From positions 1-40,799 of the forward strand of contig JBIOHI010000001.1 of assembly GCA_044448845.1 (NCBI GenBank): a stretch of 40,799 nucleotides of DNA, in the 5' to 3' direction. Positions 35,901-40,799 of this stretch are shown in pieces. The notes beneath the pieces are model-generated. The model was not told where the DNA came from. It saw only the letters and a program-made list of their open reading frames with translations, and did no database searches. The position numbers and the translations under genes were made by a program. This DNA is from Bacteroidia bacterium (GTDB lineage Bacteria > Bacteroidota > Bacteroidia > UKL13-3). The stretch's first letter is position 1; each line of letters begins with the position of its first letter.

Positions 35901-36320
35901 AGGGAATTAGAATATTCTGGCAAGCTACCAATTGAAATTGAGGGGGTTAATTTTGAGATCTTGCTTGAAGATGTCGAAATAACTTCTAAAGAAGTAACTG
36001 AATACAAAGTGGCAAATGAGGGGAAAGTAACTGTTGCTCTGGATATTAACATAACTGAAAGTCTGAAAGAGGAAGGAATTGCAAGGGAATTGATCAGTAA
36101 ACTTCAGAACCTGCGCAAAGACAGCGACTTAAGGGTTACCGACCGGATTTTTGTAAAAATTTCGAACCATCCCTACATAAAAAATTCTATAAATTCTTAT
36201 AAAACATATATTTGCAGCGAAATTTTAGCAGACAGACTGGAATTAACTGAAGTGAATTCACCTGATGTTGAAATAGATGTGGATGGAAATCAAATTAAAG
36301 TTAAAATCGAAAAAGCTTAA
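32958..36320 (+). CDS. ileS: Isoleucine--tRNA ligase
   Basis: HIGH-region 'PPSANGIPGIHHVMAR', KMSKS 'NKMSKRLGN', a CP1 editing-domain sized insertion, and 1120 aa total. Confidence 0.97.
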   Translation: MKYKEYKKLDFPAFEAEVLKFWKEKDVFGESVSSREGKPSFVFYEGPPSANGIPGIHHVMARAVKDIFCRYKTLKGFQVKRKGGWDTHGLPIELQVEKSLGITKDDIGKKISVAEYNEACRRDVMKYQDLWEKLTEQMGYWVDMRDPYITYKNDYIETLWYLLKKLYDKGLLYKGYTIQPYSPAAGTGLSSHELNQPGTYKDVKDTTVVAQFRIIPNQKVLSFGEDLGEVYFLAWTTTPWTLPSNCALAVGEKIDYVVVKTFNPYSHKSVTVILAKNLLNKYFPEENASIKLEEYKSGDKKIPFEIIKEVKGKYLEGIRYEQLLPFVKPDNGDAFKVIIGDFVTTEDGTGIVHIAPSFGADDFRVAKQNGIGSLTLVDKRGRFLDDVKDDLFLYGGEYVKEEYLTDQEKKTELEIQKKKLSGFIKDTSNLHYLSVDERIALKLQNENKLFKKEKYDHTYPHCWRTDKPILYYPLESWFIKTTAAKDRLVELNKTINWKPESTGTGRFGNWLENLVDWNLSRSRYWGTPLPIWKTKDGSEEKCIGSIAELNLEIKKSVDAGFMNSSFELKDLHKPYVDEIILVSSDGVQMFREPDLIDVWFDSGAMPYAQWHWPFENENVFRKNFPADFIAEGVDQTRGWFFTLHALSVLLFDSVSYKNVIANGLVLDKNGNKMSKRLGNAVDPFDTIAKYGADATRFYMLTNADPWDNLKFDMDGVAEVQRKFFATLYNVYSFFALYANIDGFKYQEKEIPLNDRPEIDRWILSLLNSLVKKVETHMEDYNPTPATRAVYDFVGEHLSNWYVRLCRRRFWKGEYSTDKISAYQTLYTCMETVAKLMSPFAPFYSETLYQDLNSITGKNKNLSVHLTDFPLVNEKMIDPILEEQMEYAQVISSLVLSIRKIENIKVRQPLQKILIPVVDPKIKEEIVHVKDLILSEVNVKELVFIEKIDKSIKPNFKVLGKKAGPKMKALSSSIALFSQEQIRELEYSGKLPIEIEGVNFEILLEDVEITSKEVTEYKVANEGKVTVALDINITESLKEEGIARELISKLQNLRKDSDLRVTDRIFVKISNHPYIKNSINSYKTYICSEILADRLELTEVNSPDVEIDVDGNQIKVKIEKA

Positions 36321-36325
36321 TTATT

Positions 36326-37264
36326 ATGGCTAATAAAAATAAAAAGAAAAATTCCCCAGGGAAGAATGCAAAAAAGGTAAAAGCAAAAAAAGCGGTGGCT
36401 AAAAAACCAATGAAAAAAGCGGTTGCCAAAAAACCAGTGAAAAAAGCGGTTGCTAAAAAACCGGTGAAGAAAGTGGTTGCCAAAAAACCGGTGAAAAAAG
36501 TTGTTGCCAAAAAACCAGTGAAAAAAGTGGTTGCTAAAAAACCAGTGAAAAAAGTGGTTGCCAAAAAACCGGTGAAAAAAGTGGTTGCCAAAAAACCAGT
36601 GAAGAAAGTGGTAGCTAAAAAACCGGTGAAGAAAGTAATTGCTAAAAAAACAGTGAAGAAAGTAATTGCCAAGCCGGTAATTAAAAAAATTGAAAAACCG
36701 GAATTAAAGAAAGCTTTCAGACCCGCTCAAGTTGCAGTTCCTTCAAAACCAATGGAAGAACCTAAACATGTGGAGGTACCCACCAAACATGTGACTATTA
36801 CCATCGATAAAACGATTGAAGAAAGAAAACCAACTCCGGCAAAAGATATTCATTTTCCGGAATCGAAAGAAGAAACGGTAGAAGTGTTTGAATCGAAACG
36901 TTATAGTGATGCAGACCTGGCAGAATTTAAAGAGATCATCAATAAAAAATTGGTAGTTGCCCGTGAAGAACTCGCCAACCTTATCGAACAAATGCAAAAC
37001 CCCGGCATCAATGCAGCTGCCGATACCGATAACGCTTACAAAACTTTGGAAGACGGTGCATCCACCGCTGAAAAAGAATATGTGAGCCAGCTTGCCGCAC
37101 GCCAGCGTAAGTTTATCGAAAACCTCGAAAACGCATTGGTAAGAATCGAAAACAAAACTTACGGGATTTGCCGCGTTACCGGAAAACTGATCTCTAAAGA
37201 AAGATTGCGTGCCGTGCCTCATACTACGCTGAGCATGGAAGCAAAGTTGCAGCAATACAAATAA
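36326..37264 (+). CDS. DksA/TraR-family regulator homolog with a long Lys/Val/Pro/Ala-rich tandem-repeat N-terminal extension
   Basis: The C-terminal ~125 aa ('KRYSDADLAEFKEIINKKL...ENALVRIENKTYGICRVTGKLISKERLRAVPHTTLSMEAK') match the Cys-poor DksA/TraR-like protein usually encoded after ileS in Bacteroidota. The N-terminal ~120 aa is (V/A)(V/I)AKKPVKK repeated about 11 times. Confidence 0.8.
   Translation: MANKNKKKNSPGKNAKKVKAKKAVAKKPMKKAVAKKPVKKAVAKKPVKKVVAKKPVKKVVAKKPVKKVVAKKPVKKVVAKKPVKKVVAKKPVKKVVAKKPVKKVIAKKTVKKVIAKPVIKKIEKPELKKAFRPAQVAVPSKPMEEPKHVEVPTKHVTITIDKTIEERKPTPAKDIHFPESKEETVEVFESKRYSDADLAEFKEIINKKLVVAREELANLIEQMQNPGINAAADTDNAYKTLEDGASTAEKEYVSQLAARQRKFIENLENALVRIENKTYGICRVTGKLISKERLRAVPHTTLSMEAKLQQYK
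36392..36688 (+). repeat. Coding tandem repeat, 27-bp unit x ~11 (10 clean + 1 degenerate)
   Basis: Units begin at 36392, 36419, 36446, ... 36662. Each encodes (A/V)(V/I)AKKP(V/M)KK. Units differ mainly at synonymous positions (cca/ccg, gcc/gct, aaa/aag). Confidence 0.95.
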
Positions 37265-37265
37265 A

Positions 37266-37296
37266 CGGAACTGAATTTCCGGTTCCTTCTTTTTTA
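37266..37296 (+). terminator. Rho-independent terminator after the dksA-like gene
   Basis: GGAAC-N10-GTTCC (or CGGAA-N6-TTCCG), immediately followed by TTCTTTTTT. It starts 2 nt after the stop codon. Confidence 0.6.
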
Positions 37297-37434
37297 AAAT
37301 GAGTTTTGTTCCAACGAATAGTCGGGCAACCTTCTTTTTTACGTTGTTTCTTTTGCCTCAGCAAATGAATTAACATCACCGTGGATTTCTTTTCCAAAAA
37401 ATATTGTTTATTTGAATTCAAATAAATTCAGATC

Positions 37435-38313
37435 ATGAAAAAGACAACTACTTTATTATCGGGCATTCTTCTCTCCATGTTATGCAGTGCTCAATTCGGA
37501 TATGTTAAAAAAGCGGAACTCGAAAAAGTAAAGGACTCACGTACCGTTGTAGTTCTCAATAACGACAGTGCATATAATGCCTCCATTAAAATGGCGGTTG
37601 AAAAATACTGGAGTTTCACCGGGACGGTGTTTGCTTATGACTCCGCTTTGAAACCATACAACAAGGGAGATTTCACTTTCCTCGTTTTCAGCAAAGGCAA
37701 ATTGGCTAAAATAAGAGCCAAAGTAAATACAAGCGAAGAAGATTTTAACGGATTGCAATTACTTAAAAAATATAAACGCAGGTCACCAATGGAAGATGTG
37801 ATCGCCAGGTCATTTTGCAGCAATCATATTGATACCGTCAACTGGCAGGCTGAATTGATCAGGGCAGTGCAATTGATGAATAATTATTTTAATTATGCGG
37901 TGGAGGCTAAGGGCGATCTCAACCCATATAATTATCCTTCCGATAAAAGTTTGATGATGAATAAAAAACTGCTGATCCCGCTTCCTTCAGCTCAAACGGC
38001 CAAATCGAAAGGGAAACCTAACGCTAAATCCGATCACATCCTCGATGTGCAGGGAAAAGTGGATGCGAATACCCTTCTTGATGGGGAAGTGGAAGAAGTG
38101 GATCGGGATGATATTGATAAAGCCATCATCGCCCAGGATCAATCTTCCATGATCTATTTTTTCTCAGTGGATGAAAAGCACTGCAGCAAACTTGTGGTTA
38201 CAGCCGACAAGAGCGAGTTGATGTATTTCGAAACCGATTCTCCCGAAAGGTGCGCGTGCACGGTCAGCGACCTGAAGGCAATGAAAGCGGCAAAAATGAA
38301 AGCGAATAAGTGA
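37435..38313 (+). CDS. Hypothetical secreted protein
   Basis: 292-aa ORF with ATG start and signal peptide MKKTTTLLSGILLSMLCSAQ. No motif recognised. Confidence 0.55.
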   Translation: MKKTTTLLSGILLSMLCSAQFGYVKKAELEKVKDSRTVVVLNNDSAYNASIKMAVEKYWSFTGTVFAYDSALKPYNKGDFTFLVFSKGKLAKIRAKVNTSEEDFNGLQLLKKYKRRSPMEDVIARSFCSNHIDTVNWQAELIRAVQLMNNYFNYAVEAKGDLNPYNYPSDKSLMMNKKLLIPLPSAQTAKSKGKPNAKSDHILDVQGKVDANTLLDGEVEEVDRDDIDKAIIAQDQSSMIYFFSVDEKHCSKLVVTADKSELMYFETDSPERCACTVSDLKAMKAAKMKANK

Positions 38314-40734
38314 TCAGTTCACGATCAAAAACTTTTTCGCAGTCGAGATTCCTGAATCTCCTTTGAACACGATGAAGTAAACTCCCGGAGCATAATTGAC
38401 GGTGGAAATAATTTTTTCGGAATAATATTTACTGATTACTCCCGAATCCATCTGCTTTCCGATCTCATTATAGATTGTGAAATGCAGATCTTCCGCTATA
38501 TTTTCCGTTCCGATAATAAAATACTGGTGAACCGGATTAGGATATAAATTTATTTGTTCTCCAAATTTTAATTTATCCGAAGGATCATTTATCCCCCACG
38601 GTTTCTTATACGATTCGATCAGGTTCAAGCCACCCCGCATATTTCCGATTAGGATATCCGGTTTTGCATTTCCATCAATCCTTCCAACAAAAGGTGAAGT
38701 ACGAGCACCGAAATTCAGTAAATTTCCCTGCATCGCAGTTGCCTCATCGGTAAATTCATAACCTCCGGAAGCATTCTGCCGGCAAATAAATCTCTGGAAC
38801 TTTTTTCCGGGCGTTGCATTCACACCGGTGTAAACGTAAATGTAACCTGCTTCACATCCTACCACCATTTCATAATTTCCATCACTATTCAGATCGCAAA
38901 CAAACGGAGTGGCATATCCCGAAACCGCTGAATCAATAATTCCAAGCGGTTCTATTTTTATTTTATTTACAAAAATCCCCCCAAGTGAATCAATGGTAGG
39001 AACGTTACTGAATTGTGGTACAGTTACAGTTCCAGTATTTTGGAAATACTGAACGATTCCCTGTTTGTTTCCTATCACCAGGTCGAGAAGACCGTCTTTA
39101 TTCAGGTCGACAAGTTGCGGTGCCGCAAAGCCACGAATCTGGATGTTTGAAAATATTTTTGTTTGAAGTTGAAATGAAAAATTGGTTCCGCTTGTCTGAT
39201 TTGTATAATACAACAATTTTCCGTTCCAATCACCGATGATCAGATCCATTTTTCCATCACCATTCAGATCACCGAATGTTGGATGCATATTTACGATTGT
39301 ATCTTTGCTCAACATTAAAAAATTGGTGTCCGCCAAAATGTAAATTGGTTTGGTCGAATCGGAACTGATATTTTTATAAAAGACCAACCGGTCATTATAA
39401 TTTGCCGTTTGGGCATAATCACCGTTGGTCGCCACGATCAGATCTTTATCGCCATCGTTGTCAATATCTATCAACACCGGCACTGAGCGCGTTCCAAGAT
39501 CAATCGATTCCTGGTTGATGAAAAAATTATTTCCCTGGTAATTAAAAATTGGAAAGGAATTCGTTCCTTGGTTGGAATACACCCAAACATTATTCAAACT
39601 TTTAACACTTGTTGGATTATTAGTGGTAACCAACAATTCATTGACCCCGTCATTATTGATATCGACATAATAAGCCACCGGCCAGTTGATGAAGTTAGCC
39701 GCAACCGTATTGGAAGGAAACAGCGTATCCTGGCTGATCATCGAATCTCTGTGAAGTGAATTTTGCCTGCGGCCATTGATCACAGCAACAAGGTTGTTGA
39801 AACTGATATCACCATAAATTAAATCTTTTATCCCATCGCCATTAAGGTCGATCAGCGTTGTAGATCCACCTGCATGCAATTGTGTTTTCGGGTATTTCGG
39901 TGGATACAATTGAAACTGGCAAAGGGGCATTTGGGGTCCAATTTGTTGTCCCAACAAAAATTTATTCTTTCCGGACAAAACATCGAACTGGAAATATCCC
40001 CAACATTCATCACGAAAAATATAAACCAGGGAATCATGGTTGTACTGAACATTCTGGAAATTAATGGTCCAGTTCTCATAAAATCTCGGAAAAGGTTCGA
40101 GCCCGCTCAGAAATCCAATGATATCAATATCTCCGTCTCCTTCAAGATCATCAATTCCGTTTATATCATTGCGGTTAACATAAATGGTCTTTAGCGATGG
40201 GGTACCGAAGGCACCACCCGTATCCTTCAAGTCTTCATTGATCAGTGTGAATTTTAATCCTTTTGTGTCCGACTTATTCAGGAAAACACGAAGATCCGAC
40301 TGGTAGGCAAAAATAGTGGTGTCATTCAACTGGTAATTTTCCGAACTCGATTCCGTAAAAATATCCGCTTTCCCATCACCATTGTAATCTATCATTTTTG
40401 CCCAATTGGTCATGTCGGGGAAATAACCTTCATATTGTGGTTCATAAATAAATCTTCCGCTTGTCTTATCCCAAACAAACGTCATAAGCTTATGCCCTAA
40501 AGCATAACTCGAACGGTCGAATACAACCAGGTCATTGATCCCGTCCTGGTTCAGGTCGATCATCGAAAATTGCGGGCAGTTCATTCCGCCAGTGAATGGA
40601 AACAACAAAGTATCGTTATTGGCTTTTAAAAATTTCGGAGTATTCGAGTAATAAAATTTGTAGGGTAAGGTTTGAGAACTCAAAGCTGAAAAAAGAGACA
40701 CGAATAGAATAGTGTAAATAAGGCGCTTTTTCAT
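38314..40734 (-). CDS. FG-GAP/VCBS-repeat (integrin-alpha-like propeller) protein with T9SS type A C-terminal sorting domain
   Basis: Signal peptide. Many 'D.N.DG..D' calcium-binding-like repeats (DLNQDGINDLVV, DYNGDGKADIF, DLNGDGIKDLIYGD, DIDNDGDKDLIV, DLNGDGKMDLIIGD, DLNKDGLLDLVIGN, DLNSDGNYEMVVG). C-terminal 'INLYPNPVHQYFII...FTIYNEIGKQM...APGVYFIVFKG...KKFLIVN'. Confidence 0.85.
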   Translation of the reverse strand: MKKRLIYTILFVSLFSALSSQTLPYKFYYSNTPKFLKANNDTLLFPFTGGMNCPQFSMIDLNQDGINDLVVFDRSSYALGHKLMTFVWDKTSGRFIYEPQYEGYFPDMTNWAKMIDYNGDGKADIFTESSSENYQLNDTTIFAYQSDLRVFLNKSDTKGLKFTLINEDLKDTGGAFGTPSLKTIYVNRNDINGIDDLEGDGDIDIIGFLSGLEPFPRFYENWTINFQNVQYNHDSLVYIFRDECWGYFQFDVLSGKNKFLLGQQIGPQMPLCQFQLYPPKYPKTQLHAGGSTTLIDLNGDGIKDLIYGDISFNNLVAVINGRRQNSLHRDSMISQDTLFPSNTVAANFINWPVAYYVDINNDGVNELLVTTNNPTSVKSLNNVWVYSNQGTNSFPIFNYQGNNFFINQESIDLGTRSVPVLIDIDNDGDKDLIVATNGDYAQTANYNDRLVFYKNISSDSTKPIYILADTNFLMLSKDTIVNMHPTFGDLNGDGKMDLIIGDWNGKLLYYTNQTSGTNFSFQLQTKIFSNIQIRGFAAPQLVDLNKDGLLDLVIGNKQGIVQYFQNTGTVTVPQFSNVPTIDSLGGIFVNKIKIEPLGIIDSAVSGYATPFVCDLNSDGNYEMVVGCEAGYIYVYTGVNATPGKKFQRFICRQNASGGYEFTDEATAMQGNLLNFGARTSPFVGRIDGNAKPDILIGNMRGGLNLIESYKKPWGINDPSDKLKFGEQINLYPNPVHQYFIIGTENIAEDLHFTIYNEIGKQMDSGVISKYYSEKIISTVNYAPGVYFIVFKGDSGISTAKKFLIVN

Positions 40735-40799
40735 TTGATGGAATTTTTATGTAAAATTATAACTAAGATTATTCAATTCCCAAAGACGAATACTTAAAA

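Noticed and set aside
36301-36672. 123-aa minus-strand ORF (FFTGFLATT repeats)
   Set aside because: It is the antisense shadow of the 27-bp coding repeats of the dksA-like gene. The plus-strand frame continues into a recognisable DksA/TraR domain, and the minus ORF overlaps the ileS stop.
36392-36688. Regular 27-bp repeat array as a possible CRISPR
   Set aside because: The units are contiguous with no spacers. The array is in frame within a CDS and encodes a Lys-rich peptide repeat. No cas genes are present.
37224-37421. 65-aa minus-strand ORF in the dksA-downstream spacer
   Set aside because: It overlaps the dksA-like 3' end and the predicted terminator, and has a basic low-complexity sequence and no motif.
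40090-40110. GGTTCGAGCCC, a tRNA T-arm-like string
   Set aside because: The flanks do not form a T-stem or an acceptor stem, and the string lies inside the FG-GAP CDS.

Overview
AT-rich chromosomal segment that looks like Bacteroidota. Supporting signs are two proteins with type IX secretion (T9SS) C-terminal sorting domains, TAnnTTTG promoter motifs, a split transketolase, a fused 2-oxoacid dehydrogenase E1 alpha/beta gene, and ileS followed by a dksA/traR-like gene. I can support 25 complete CDS and one 3' gene fragment. Most are housekeeping or envelope genes: GH3-family protein, OmpA-family protein, polyprenyl synthase, radA, E1 alpha/beta, fsa/tal, tkt halves, SulP, recO, ileS, an MMPL/RND exporter, and a GT-C glycosyltransferase. 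I found no rRNA, tRNA, CRISPR array, transposase, integrase or phage genes. I cannot point to a clear-cut multi-gene novel system. The candidates most worth a second look are: (1) a 1119-aa fusion of GH18-like, CE4 deacetylase and processive GT2 synthase domains; (2) a secreted VWA-domain gene between the two transketolase half-genes, bounded by short tandem repeats; (3) a membrane-anchored VWA protein next to a secreted trypsin-fold protein whose catalytic Ser is Leu (GNLGGP); (4) a DksA/TraR-like regulator with an N-terminal extension of about eleven 27-bp (9-aa, Lys-rich, histone-H1-like) tandem repeats; (5) short period-7/8/12 tandem 'word' repeats in spacers and also in frame inside three genes, plus a 31-nt hairpin element present twice with a compensatory base-pair change. 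All protein calls rest on motif recognition by eye. No database search was run. The ORF track uses non-ATG starts, so several 5' ends are uncertain.
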